Shown: piece by piece, positions 42,163-51,746 of the stretch | How positions within the stretch are numbered: the first letter of the stretch is position 1 | Layout: every line of letters starts with the position of its first letter | Source: an uncultured Acidobacteriota bacterium | Lineage (GTDB): Bacteria > Acidobacteriota > UBA6911 | Direction of reading: 5' to 3' | DNA length: 64,000 bases | Assembly: GCA_963827655.1 (NCBI GenBank) | Contig: CAWHCF010000041.1 | Location: 1 to 64,000 of the forward strand | Translations under genes and position numbers: made by a program | The notes under the pieces: model-generated | Databases searched by the model: none | Told to the model about the DNA's origin: nothing | The model's input: only the letters and a program-made list of their open reading frames with translations

Positions 42163-42210
42163 GAACCAATACCCCAAGACGCTAAAACGCAAAGAAGCAC
42201 TCAGGAAATC
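42163..42210 (+). repeat. Degenerate right arm of the tandem-armed hairpin element
   Basis: GAACCAATACCCCAAGACGCTAAAACGCAAAGAAGCACTCAGGAAATC parallels AAACAAATACCACGAAGAC..AAAGACACGAAGAAACACCAAGAATC. Confidence 0.55.
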
Positions 42211-42212
42211 GC

Positions 42213-43202
42213 TCAGCGACTCGCCTTACCGACCTTGTAGCGGTCCAGCGCCAGGTCCACAATCTTCTGGATCAGGTCGGGAAATTCGATTCCCGCCGCG
42301 GCGGCGGCCATGACGAACTCGCTCGATTGCTCGAGGTAGCAGCTTGCGTTGACCTCGAGGACATAGATGTCACCGGTATCTGTGAGCCGCAGGTCGACAC
42401 GGCCGTAATCGCGCACACGAAGGGCGCGATACGCGTCGAGTGACACCTTGTGCAACTTTGCCTTCAACTCGTCTGGAATGTCGGCGATTACCGATTTGGT
42501 TCCCTTGTATTCGGCGCTCTGCTTCTCCCACTTGGCTTTTGTGTCCAGGACGCGTACGGCCCCTTCGGGAAGACCGGAAAAATCTACTTCGATCGGCGGC
42601 AGGGCCAGCGGTTGTTGGTTGCCGAGTATCCCGACATAAAACTCCCGCCCTTCGATATACTCTTCGGCAAGCGCGGCATCGTCACATTCTTCATGAATGG
42701 CGACTACTCGCTTCATGAGCGCGACGGTATCCGTGACCAGGGCCTTCCGATCAATACCGATTGAAGCGTCCATCCGAAGCGGCTTGACAAAGAGCGGCAT
42801 GCGCAAATTGCCGCCGGTTTCCAGTTCCGCCTTCCTGGAAAAGACCGCGAACCGCGGAAACGCAATCCCCTCGAAGGCCAGGATCTTCTTGGCGAGAGCC
42901 TTGTCTTGCGCAAGGTACAGTTCTCCGGGCCCGGATCCGGTATAGCGCAGCTTCATCAGAGTCAGAAGGCCTGCGGCCGCGACATCGCCCGTAACATCAT
43001 CGCCGAACATTTCCATCAAATTGAAAACCAGATCGGGCTTGAGCCGTCTCAGCCCGGAGATCAGTTTCCTGAGATTTGAATTCGTCCCCAGAACCGAAAC
43101 CTTGTGGTTGTGTTCACGCAGGGCCGAAGCCACCTGATCTACAACGAGGTCGTAGTCCTTGGAGTTTTCTTGTTCGACGTAAGTCAGAACCGTTATGTTC
43201 AT
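42213..43202 (-). CDS. D-Ala-D-Ala ligase-like ATP-grasp protein
   Basis: PDLVFNL.E, YTGS, DK.L.K, PLFVKP...DASIGI, EEYIEGRE, DYGRVDLR, LEVN. Confidence 0.88.
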   Translation of the reverse strand: MNITVLTYVEQENSKDYDLVVDQVASALREHNHKVSVLGTNSNLRKLISGLRRLKPDLVFNLMEMFGDDVTGDVAAAGLLTLMKLRYTGSGPGELYLAQDKALAKKILAFEGIAFPRFAVFSRKAELETGGNLRMPLFVKPLRMDASIGIDRKALVTDTVALMKRVVAIHEECDDAALAEEYIEGREFYVGILGNQQPLALPPIEVDFSGLPEGAVRVLDTKAKWEKQSAEYKGTKSVIADIPDELKAKLHKVSLDAYRALRVRDYGRVDLRLTDTGDIYVLEVNASCYLEQSSEFVMAAAAAGIEFPDLIQKIVDLALDRYKVGKASR

Positions 43203-43311
43203 CGAGAGATTCTGGGGTTCGGCAACCGGAGTTTCCTCGACTCCAGGCGGCTTCATGACGTAGCTTACTGGGTCGGGAATTCCAACGGAACACCTTTCTT
43301 CGACGACAACT

Positions 43312-44373
43312 ATGCGAGGAAATGCTGAGAAGCCTCCCAATCACGTGCCAGGAACCAGGCGCCCGCGTGTGCCCGCCCTGGTTTCGGTGCTGGTTGGGAT
43401 CCTGATTTTTTTATCCTCGTGCAGCCAGGCGAGACGGGAACCGGTCGTGATCTACGTCTCCACCGATCGTCCCTTTTCGGAACCGGTGCTTCGCGCCTTC
43501 GAAAAGAAGAGCGGAATCTCTGTTCGAGCCGTCTACGACGCCGAGACGAACTCGATCGGCCTGGCCAATCGCCTGTTGGCCGAGAAAGTTTATCCCCAGG
43601 CAGACGTGTTTTGGAGCGACGAACCGCTTCGCACACTCATCCTCAAGAAAAACGGCGTCCTGGCGCGATACAGGTCGCCCGGCGCGGACGCTATTCCAGC
43701 CGGCTTCAAAGATCCGGAGTCTTACTGGACGGGCTTTTCGGCGCGCTGCCGGGTCATACTCTACAACAGCAGTCTGGTCCAGGAAGTGGAAGCTCCGAAA
43801 TCGATCTTCGATCTGACCGATCCGAAGTGGAAAAATCAGGTGGTGATCTCCGATCCTCGCTTCGGCACCATGTCGTTTCATGCCGCCGCGCTCTTTGCCG
43901 CCCTGGGCGACGAAAGGGCCGTACAGTTTTTCCAGGATCTCAAGCGAAACGAGGTGACGGTAGCGGCCAGTAAGTCCGAAGTAAGGCGCCTGGTTGAGAC
44001 CGGCGAATTCGCAATCGGGCTCACCGATACCGATGACGCCAACCTGGCCTTGCTTTCGGGCAACCCGGTCGTTGTCGTATACCCCGACGAACAGGGGCTG
44101 GGCACGCCATTTATCCCGAACGTGGTCTCGCTGATCGCCGGCGGACCCAACCCCCAGCAGGGCAAGGAGCTGATCGATTTTCTGCTGAGTCCGGAAGCCG
44201 AAGCAATGCTGGCCGAATCCGCGGCCGTTCAAATGCCGCTGCATCCTTCCGTTCCTTTACCGGCCAACGTCCGCAGCCTCAAGAATCTGAAACTGCTTCA
44301 AATCGACTATGGAGCCGCGGCCGATCGTCTTGACCATGTGATCAAGGCACTGCAGCCGATACTGGGGCTATGA
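43312..44373 (+). CDS. ABC transporter substrate-binding lipoprotein (Fe3+/AfuA-like)
   Basis: LSSC lipobox; FEKKSGI.V, LLAEK..PQADVFW, R.RVI.YN, DLTDPKWK, GLTDTDD. Confidence 0.85.
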   Translation: MRGNAEKPPNHVPGTRRPRVPALVSVLVGILIFLSSCSQARREPVVIYVSTDRPFSEPVLRAFEKKSGISVRAVYDAETNSIGLANRLLAEKVYPQADVFWSDEPLRTLILKKNGVLARYRSPGADAIPAGFKDPESYWTGFSARCRVILYNSSLVQEVEAPKSIFDLTDPKWKNQVVISDPRFGTMSFHAAALFAALGDERAVQFFQDLKRNEVTVAASKSEVRRLVETGEFAIGLTDTDDANLALLSGNPVVVVYPDEQGLGTPFIPNVVSLIAGGPNPQQGKELIDFLLSPEAEAMLAESAAVQMPLHPSVPLPANVRSLKNLKLLQIDYGAAADRLDHVIKALQPILGL

Positions 44374-44375
44374 AG

Positions 44376-44446
44376 ACAGGATTTAGGATTCAGGGTCCAG
44401 GATTTGTCCGGATCCTGGTTCACCTAAATCCTGGATCCTAAATCCC
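44376..44446. repeat. Short-tandem inverted hairpin (CAGGATT / AATCCTG type) between convergent genes
   Basis: GACAGGATTTAGGATTCAGG..CAGGATTT...GGATCCTGG..CCTAAATCCTGGATCCTAAATCC; contains the histidine kinase stop codon. Confidence 0.7.
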
Positions 44447-46351
44447 AGATCCTGTGTTCAACGGGAGCGTGACGGTAAATTCCGTTCCTTTCCCGACCTG
44501 GCTCTCGACCTGAATCTGTCCTTTATGCTTTTGAACGATACTGTGCGAGATCGATAAGCCGAGTCCCGTACCGATTCCCGTCCCCTTGGTGGTAAAGCCC
44601 GGGTCGAAGATCCTGGGAAGATTCTCTGGCGGGATTCCCCTGCCCGTGTCGGCAACCCTTATGAAGGCGCTGCCGGCATCGGCGCGAGTCTTGATTGTAA
44701 TAGTCCCGTTCCCCTCTAGAGCTTCCACGGCATTGCGGAACAGATTCAAGAAGAGTTGATTCAGCTCATTCGGATAACAAAGCACCTTCGGAATCTCGCC
44801 ATATTCCTTGATCAGCGTGGCTTTATTCTTCAACTCGTATTCGATAAGGTTCAAGGTGCTCTCGATACCTTCGTGAATGTCGGCCCATTGCAGTTCGGCC
44901 TCATCGAGCCGGGCGAAGTTTTTCAAGTTGCGCACGATGCGAGAGACTCTTTCCGCCGCGCTCGCTATCACCCGATTGTTCTCTTTGAGGAGCGCCATCA
45001 ACTCCTGCAAGTACGATTCATGTTTCAGACTTTCGATGGACTCGGCGGCTTCGATAAGCCTGAACACCTTGTTCAGGCCGCGATCAGACAGGTCCGCGGC
45101 GCTGACGACGGCGCCGATCGGCGTATTCACCTCATGGGCTACGCCGGCCACCAGTGCTCCGACCGACGCCAGTTTTTCCCGAATGATGAGCTGGTTCTGC
45201 GCCTCCCGCAACTGCGACAGCGTTTGTTCGAGCTGTTCGTTCTTGGACTTCAACTCTCTGGTGCGTTCGTAGACCCTGTCTTCAAGCGCGCGGCTGTATT
45301 CCTGCTGCAGTCTCTCGGCCTGCTTTCTCTCGGTGACGTCTCGAAAATTTATGACGATACCGGATACATCCTCGTCCTCGAGCAGATTGTGAGCTACCGA
45401 CTCCAGGTAGCGCCACTCTCCATTCCGATGTCTGAATCGAAGGTCAGCCGATTGAATGACGCCGGGATGGGCAACCGTGAATTCGTGGATCCGGGTGAGA
45501 TAGTCCAGGTCATCCGGATGGACATACTCGGCCGCGCGCTTGCCGAGCACTTCCTCCGGAGTGTAGCCCATCACTCTCTCGAGCGACGGGCTGGAATAGA
45601 CAATGGTCCCATCCCTGTCGATGATCTCAACCGCGTCCAGCGCGTTCTCGATCAGGGATCTGAACCGCTTCTCGCTCCGCCGCAATGCCAGCTCGGTCCG
45701 TCTACGTTCGCTCGCTTCGATGGCCAGGGAAACGAAGTCTCCAATCGAGGCAGCGAAGTTCTGCTCCCTCACCGTCCATCTTCGAGCAGATCCCACGTGC
45801 TCGTGGCATACGACTCCGCGCATTCGCCCCTCCACCCGCACGGGGACGTCGAGCATGGCCGCGATTCCGAGAGGTGTGAGATACGATGTCCGGAATTCCC
45901 GAGTCCTGCTGTCGGAACGCGCGTCGTGGGCGGCGATCGTGCGATCTTGTTCGAGGGCGCGGAAGTACAAAGGATAGTCGGCCGCTGCCAGCTCCTGCCC
46001 CTGCGAGTGGCGGCGGGCGCTTCGCTCGTAAAGGTCGAGACACTGGATTTTGGAGCGGTCCTCGGTGAAGAACCACACGCTCACTCGCTCGGTGCCCAGG
46101 ATTCTGGCAGAGATCTCGGTTATTTCGCGCAAGGCCGTGGCTAAATCGCCCCCGCCCAGGCTGTCGCTCTTGGCGAGCTTGAGAAGCGCGCGGTTCTGCA
46201 GGCGAAGGCTTCTCTGTCGATCACGCAGCTCCACAGTCTCCGCTTCGACCCCGCCGGCCCTATTCACGCTCCACATCCTTTCACTGTCATGCCTTGACTT
46301 CGGCTCCATTTTACCGGGTCGGAGGCACATGGAAACGTGAAAACTGCGCAC
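44438..46351 (-). CDS. GAF-PAS sensor histidine kinase (start probably ~25 codons downstream)
   Basis: GAF (RVSVW, LDVP, GVVCHEH), PAS (Y.SPS...MGY.PEE, VHPDD), AHEVNTP, NQ.FLNL..NA, DTG.GI, FTTK..G.GTGLGL. Confidence 0.92.
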   Translation of the reverse strand: MRSFHVSMCLRPGKMEPKSRHDSERMWSVNRAGGVEAETVELRDRQRSLRLQNRALLKLAKSDSLGGGDLATALREITEISARILGTERVSVWFFTEDRSKIQCLDLYERSARRHSQGQELAAADYPLYFRALEQDRTIAAHDARSDSRTREFRTSYLTPLGIAAMLDVPVRVEGRMRGVVCHEHVGSARRWTVREQNFAASIGDFVSLAIEASERRRTELALRRSEKRFRSLIENALDAVEIIDRDGTIVYSSPSLERVMGYTPEEVLGKRAAEYVHPDDLDYLTRIHEFTVAHPGVIQSADLRFRHRNGEWRYLESVAHNLLEDEDVSGIVINFRDVTERKQAERLQQEYSRALEDRVYERTRELKSKNEQLEQTLSQLREAQNQLIIREKLASVGALVAGVAHEVNTPIGAVVSAADLSDRGLNKVFRLIEAAESIESLKHESYLQELMALLKENNRVIASAAERVSRIVRNLKNFARLDEAELQWADIHEGIESTLNLIEYELKNKATLIKEYGEIPKVLCYPNELNQLFLNLFRNAVEALEGNGTITIKTRADAGSAFIRVADTGRGIPPENLPRIFDPGFTTKGTGIGTGLGLSISHSIVQKHKGQIQVESQVGKGTEFTVTLPLNTGSGI

Positions 46352-46647
46352 ACATCGGTATCCTTAGCCTAACAAGTTCATTGTGCCCCCTCGGAAGCGG
46401 GACGGGCTTGATAGCCCGTCCGCACATGGATCGGGAGGTTTTGAGACAGTCTCTCACCCCGGGCCCACGCACTGCCGGCCCCACGGGCCTTGGCGAAGCT
46501 TGCGCCTTGTGCGATCACAGTTTGCCCACCCCCAAAACCACGTTTCGACAAATCCCATTTGTGCCTCGAGCCCTGCGCAGGTAAATTGAAAGAAGCAGTA
46601 GGCGGTAGGAGGCAGGGAACGGCGCGGAATGCAAAGGAGATGAACCA

Positions 46648-47987
46648 ATGACATTCAGAACCGATGCAGAACAGGCGCAGGTTGAAACCAAAACCATGAT
46701 GGATCGTTATCAGGATGTGCGCGGGCGAACCATGGAGATCGTTGCGCCGCTTGAAATCGAAGACTACGTAGTGCAAACGGCTGAATTCATGAGTCCGCCG
46801 CGGTGGCATCTCGGCCATACCTCATGGTTCTTCGAAACGCTGCTCGAGCGCTACTTGCCCGGATACGAAGTCTACTCAACGGAGTTCCTCTTCTTCTTTA
46901 ATTCCTATTACGAGGGCTTCGGACCCAGGATCGAGCGTGCCCGGCGCGGCACCCGCTCGCGCCCCACCGTAGCGGAAACCGTGACCTACCGGAACCATAT
47001 TGACCGATCGATGCTGAAGCTGCTGGCTCACATCCAGGAATCTTCGGAAGCCGAGACGGTCCTACCGCTGGTAAGGTTGGGGCTGGAGCACGAAATGCAG
47101 CACCAGGAATTGCTGGTCTATGACATCAAACACTTGCTCTGCGATCAATACGGGCCGCCCCGTCGGGCCCAGATTCCGCCGGCCAGGGCCGTCCGGGGAT
47201 CTGCCGAGGTTGAGGGCGGATTGTTCGATCTGGGCTATTCCGGGAACGACTTCGCCTTCGATAACGAAAAGCCGATGCACAAAGTGTACCTGCATGACTT
47301 CGCGATCGATCGCGCCCCGGTCAGTAACGGCGAGTTCCTGGAGTTCATCGACGCCGGCGGCTACCGTGACTACCGGTGGTGGTACGCCGAAGGCTGGGAT
47401 TTTGTGTCGCAGACAGGCTGCCAGGCGCCGCTATACTGGGAACAGAATGGCGCCGAGTGGATGATCAGGGACTTCTGGGGTCTTCATCCGGTGAGCGCTA
47501 AAGCAGACGAGCCGGTCTCTCATGTCAGCCACTACGAAGCGTCCGCTTTCGCAAAATGGTCGGGAGGTCGTCTGCCGACCGAGGGAGAGTGGGAAAAAGC
47601 GGCCTGCTTTGATCCCGCCCGTGAGCAAAAACGGTGTTTCCCCTGGGAAGATAGCCGTACCGTAGATGACCCCGAGAAGGCTAATCTGTTCGAAAACCAG
47701 GTGTGGGGTGTCGCCCGGATCGGTTCCTTTCCCGACGGGCGCAGCGCCTACGGTTGCCATCAGATGATCGGCGACGTTTGGGAGTGGACCAACTCGGATT
47801 ACGTTCCCTACCCCGGGTTCAAGTCTGAATTCGACGAGTACAACGACAAATGGTTTGTTAACCAGAAGGTGCTGCGCGGCGGGTCATTCGCCACGCCTCG
47901 GTCCCACCTGCGCGCGACCTACCGGAACTTCTTCCATCCCAACGAACGTTGGATGATCTCGGGCTTTCGCCGCGCCCGGATCTATGA
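46648..47987 (+). CDS. egtB: Ergothioneine biosynthesis sulfoxide synthase (DinB_2 + FGE-like); stop restored by a one-base correction
   Basis: [51 protein letters not shown]...NQ.VLRGGS, TYRNFF. Adding one G gives ...GFRRARDL* at 47987. Confidence 0.88.
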
Positions 47988-48003
47988 CCACAAGACTCGA
48001 AGA

Positions 48004-48137
48004 CCTAACGCAGCCGTGGGTCGCAACCGAAGTGCTCTTAGTGTTTCTTTGTGTCTTCGTGTCTTTGTGGTTGAGCTGTCTAACAAATACCACGAAGACT
48101 CAAAGACACGAAGAAACACCAAGAATCTTGCCAAAAA
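48004..48137 (+). repeat. Tandem-armed hairpin element copy 4 (complete)
   Basis: CCTAACGCAGCCGTGGGTCGCAACC-GAAGTGCTCTTAGTGTTTCTTTGTGTCTTCGTGTCTTTGTGG-TTGAGCTGTCTAACAAATA-CCACGAAGACTCAAAGACACGAAGAAACACCAAGAATCTTGCCAAAAA. Confidence 0.9.
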
Positions 48138-48303
48138 CGCAAGAAGTTATTAGGAAACCAGCGAACCAAGCGTAATTCTGAAACAAGAAATTCATATTGC
48201 GACAAACTCTTTTTCACTTATCCTCGTCATCATTTTCAAGAGTGACTGATTCACTCCGAGGATGTTGTCACGTCAATGCCCTCCCCTCCCTGAGGAGTTC
48301 CCT

Positions 48304-51300
48304 ATGCCTGCAATGAGAATCCGGTCCGGGTCAGGATCCGCGCATCGCATTTTTGTGCTCATCGTTGGTTTTATTTTTCAGCAGGGCCTCTATGCCCAAT
48401 TCGAAACTGCTTCCGTGCTGGGCACAGTCAAGGATGAAAGCGGCGCGGTGCTGCCTGGCGCCTCGGTCACTCTGACCCACAACGCGATGGGAATCTCAGC
48501 CAGGACGTTTACCGACGAAAACGGCAACTATCAATTCCTGAACGTCAAGATCGGAAACTACCGAGTCGAAGTCCAGATGGCCTCGTTTTCCGCGGCGGTA
48601 ATCGACAATGTGCAGGTCGCGGTGGGAGCCCGCCAGAGGGTCGATTTCAGCCTCAAGCTTGGCGAATTGAACACGACCATCGAGGTTGCAGCCCTGGCTG
48701 CCTCGGTGCTGGAAACGGACACGAGCGATCGGGGCCAGGTTGTCAACCAGAGGCAGATCGTGGAGCTCCCGTTGAATGGCCGCAATTACTCGGATCTCGC
48801 GCTCTTGACCACCGGTGTGCGCCGCTCCGCTTACGCCTTCGCCAATCCTCCGCGGGAAGGGGCCTTCAATGTAAATGGGCAGCGCAGCATCTTTAATAAC
48901 TTCTTGATGGACGGCATCGACAACAACTCTTACGGAACCAGCAACCAGGGCTTTTCTAACCAGGTCATGCAGCTGACCCCGGATGCCGTGGCGGAATTCA
49001 AGGTTGTCACCAGCCTCATGAGCGCCGAGTATGGCCGGAGTTCCGGCGCCGTGATAAATGCTTCGATGAAGAGCGGCACGAACGAGTTTCATGGCACCGC
49101 GTGGGAATATCTCAGGAACACAAGTTTGAACGCGGCCGGGTTTTTCCGCCCCGCCACGGGGAAGCCCGTGTTTCAGCGCAACCAGTTCGGATTGACGTTC
49201 GGCGGACCCATTGTGAAGAGCCGCGCTTTTTTCTTTACCGACTATGAAGGCTTTCGAGAGCGGCTGAAATTCCCCGAGTTTTCCAGTCTCCCGACTCTCG
49301 ATGACCGTCAGGGCATCTTTCCGGTTGCAGTCAGGAACCCTCTGACTGAAGAAACCTTTCCCGCGAATACCCCGATTCCCCAGGACAGGATCACCCCGTT
49401 CGCCCGCCGCGTACTGTCGGAGTTGCCGCCGCCGAATACAGGCTCCGGGCGAGGAAACAATTTCGTCAATCTGAGGCGCGACACGAACAATAATGACAAG
49501 ATCGATCTGAAACTGGACGGGCAGATCAGCAGCCGCTCGACCACATTTGTCCGTCTCAGCCACCGCAAGAGCAATATCTTCCAGGCTCCCACGATCCCGG
49601 GACCCTCCGGTGGCGGAGGCAACGGGTTCATTCGCGTTCTGAATCAGCAGATGGCCTCGGGTTACACCTATACGCCGTCAGCGCCCTCGCTGCTGGAGAT
49701 CCGGGTCGGCTTATCCCGGACGCGCGCCGGCAAGGAACCCCCCGGACTTGGCGGCCCTAGTATGCGCGAGCTCTACGGAATTGCCGGACTCTCCGAAGAT
49801 CCCCGGCTCACCGGGGGCTTGACGCCGCAGGAGGTCACCGGATTCTCGGCGTTCGGCCGGCAGGCGACCAACCCTCAGTGGCAGCATCCCTTCGTGACGA
49901 ACGCCAAGGCAAACTACTCCTACATACTCGGCCGGCACTCGTTGAAAGTGGGCTACGAATATCAGCGCATTCATACCGAAATACAGGATGTAAACCCGCT
50001 CTACGGGCGCGACATCTACAATGGCCAGTTCAGCAGGCCGGCGGGAGGCGCAGCAGATTCTCAGACCCACAACCTCGCCGATTTCATGTTCGGGGCGCGA
50101 AGCGAGTATCAGCTGGTGAATTTCTACATCGCTCAATATCGTCAGGCCATGAACTTCGCTTACCTGCAGGACGACTGGAAAGTGAATTCCCGGCTGACGC
50201 TGAACCTGGGGGTCCGGTACGAGTATGCGACGCCCCAGTGGGAACGCGACAACAGGCTCAGCAACTTCGATCCCGTCAGCAACCAGTTGATCCAGGCAAA
50301 AGAGGGATCGGTCACCGACCGGGCGCTGGTCAACCCGGATCGCAATAACTGGGCGCCCCGCTTCGGCCTGGCCTACAGCATGGACAACAGGACCGTGATT
50401 CGATCCGGCTACGGCATCAGCTACGTACACTTCAACCGGGCCGGCGGAGGAAACATCCTCGGGATCAATGGTCCGCAGGTCGTGATTGCCGCGATCGCGC
50501 AGAACCCTGCCGGTCTTGACTTTCGTCCCACTCAGCAGGGATATCCGCAGGGGCTGACGGATCCTGACAAGTTCAATCCGATTCTGGCCAACATCTCTTA
50601 TATACCGCCTGACTCGCCCTCCGGGTACGTGCAAAACTGGTCCTTTTCAATCCAGCGCGAAATTTTCCGGAATACGATTCTGGACCTGGCATATGTCGGG
50701 AGTAAATCGACTCACCTGATTCTCTTCGCGGATTACAACGAGGCCCGGCCGAATCGTCCCGGTGAAAGCCTCTCCATCCAGGCGCGGCGGCCTAACCAGG
50801 CTTTCGGAGCCATTACGGTGACCTGGCCTGGCGCCTTTGCCAACTATCATGCGCTTCAGGCGAAGTTCGAGCGGCGTTTATCGAGCGGCTTCTATTTCCT
50901 GAACTCTTTCGTCTATTCGAAGGCGATTGACAACGTCGGCCAGGCGCTTGAAGCTCAGGGGAGCGGCGGCCGGTCGAGCCCGCAGAGCTTTTACAACATC
51001 AGGGCCGAGAAGGCCGTCTCCGATTTCGATCAAACCTTCAATAACACCACCAGCATCGTCTACGAACTTCCCTTCGGCAAGGGTCGCCGCTACCTCTCGA
51101 GCGCTGCAACTGCCGCCGATTACTTCCTGGGAGGATGGCAGCTCTCCGCAATCAACAACATGTGGAGCGGCGAGCCCCTGAACCTCGCCTATAATCCACC
51201 CGCGGCCTTTCAGGTCTCACAGACTCTTCCGGACTGGAGGGGTGGCATCAGCTACCGTCCCAATCTGACGGGCCCGGTCATAACGCCCTCCGATAGCCGT

Positions 51301-51606
51301 TCGATCGACAATTATCTCAATGCGGCCACCGTGGTAGTCCCCACCGACTCGAGCCAACCTTTCGGCAACGCAGGACGCAATGTGGCGCGCAGCTACTCTC
51401 TTTACCAGCTTGACCTGGGAATGGCGAAGGCGATCAAGCTTTCCGGTGAGTCGGTATCGCTGCAGTTTCGCGCCGAAGCTTTCAATCTCTTCAATAACAC
51501 GAATTTTCGCAACGCAAACACCAACCGCTCGGTTGCCGGCTTCGGGCAGGTGCGCACTACCTTCCCGGCCCGGCAGATCCAGTTCGCGCTTCGTCTGATC
51601 TTCTGA
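48304..51606 (+). CDS. TonB-dependent receptor (Oar-like)
   Basis: Intact ~1100-aa ORF; VLGTVKD.SG.VLPGA.V, LPLNGRNY, AEYGRS.G, QDDWKV, RQIQFALRLIF. Confidence 0.95.
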   Translation: MPAMRIRSGSGSAHRIFVLIVGFIFQQGLYAQFETASVLGTVKDESGAVLPGASVTLTHNAMGISARTFTDENGNYQFLNVKIGNYRVEVQMASFSAAVIDNVQVAVGARQRVDFSLKLGELNTTIEVAALAASVLETDTSDRGQVVNQRQIVELPLNGRNYSDLALLTTGVRRSAYAFANPPREGAFNVNGQRSIFNNFLMDGIDNNSYGTSNQGFSNQVMQLTPDAVAEFKVVTSLMSAEYGRSSGAVINASMKSGTNEFHGTAWEYLRNTSLNAAGFFRPATGKPVFQRNQFGLTFGGPIVKSRAFFFTDYEGFRERLKFPEFSSLPTLDDRQGIFPVAVRNPLTEETFPANTPIPQDRITPFARRVLSELPPPNTGSGRGNNFVNLRRDTNNNDKIDLKLDGQISSRSTTFVRLSHRKSNIFQAPTIPGPSGGGGNGFIRVLNQQMASGYTYTPSAPSLLEIRVGLSRTRAGKEPPGLGGPSMRELYGIAGLSEDPRLTGGLTPQEVTGFSAFGRQATNPQWQHPFVTNAKANYSYILGRHSLKVGYEYQRIHTEIQDVNPLYGRDIYNGQFSRPAGGAADSQTHNLADFMFGARSEYQLVNFYIAQYRQAMNFAYLQDDWKVNSRLTLNLGVRYEYATPQWERDNRLSNFDPVSNQLIQAKEGSVTDRALVNPDRNNWAPRFGLAYSMDNRTVIRSGYGISYVHFNRAGGGNILGINGPQVVIAAIAQNPAGLDFRPTQQGYPQGLTDPDKFNPILANISYIPPDSPSGYVQNWSFSIQREIFRNTILDLAYVGSKSTHLILFADYNEARPNRPGESLSIQARRPNQAFGAITVTWPGAFANYHALQAKFERRLSSGFYFLNSFVYSKAIDNVGQALEAQGSGGRSSPQSFYNIRAEKAVSDFDQTFNNTTSIVYELPFGKGRRYLSSAATAADYFLGGWQLSAINNMWSGEPLNLAYNPPAAFQVSQTLPDWRGGISYRPNLTGPVITPSDSRSIDNYLNAATVVVPTDSSQPFGNAGRNVARSYSLYQLDLGMAKAIKLSGESVSLQFRAEAFNLFNNTNFRNANTNRSVAGFGQVRTTFPARQIQFALRLIF

Positions 51607-51617
51607 GCCGCGGTTTA

Positions 51618-51693
51618 TTCGTGTCTTCGTGGTTAGAGCTGCGAAACCAATCCCACGACACAAAGATACAAAGAAACACCAGGAATCATTGCA
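51618..51693 (+). repeat. Tandem-armed hairpin element copy 5
   Basis: TTCGTGTCTTCGTGGTTAGAGCTGCGAAACCAATCCCACGACACAAAGATACAAAGAAACACCAGGAATC. Confidence 0.85.
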
Positions 51694-51746
51694 ATACAGC
51701 AAGAAAGTACTTATATAATGTGCTTCCCATTTCCATGGAGGCGCCA

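Noticed and set aside
46397-46452. Hairpin GCGGGACGGGCT..AGCCCGTCCGC plus IS-end-like GAGGTTTTGAGACAGTCT
   Set aside because: No partner inverted repeat or transposase was found nearby; too short to call an element.
48004-48137. ACGAAGAC-type repeats as a CRISPR array
   Set aside because: Units are 8-9 nt, directly tandem and inverted, with no unique spacers and no cas genes.
47988-48153. C-terminal extension of EgtB (…[21 protein letters not shown]) and similar small ORFs at 12626, 25522 and 51621
   Set aside because: These are translations of the non-coding hairpin repeat; the EgtB read-through is explained by a one-base error.
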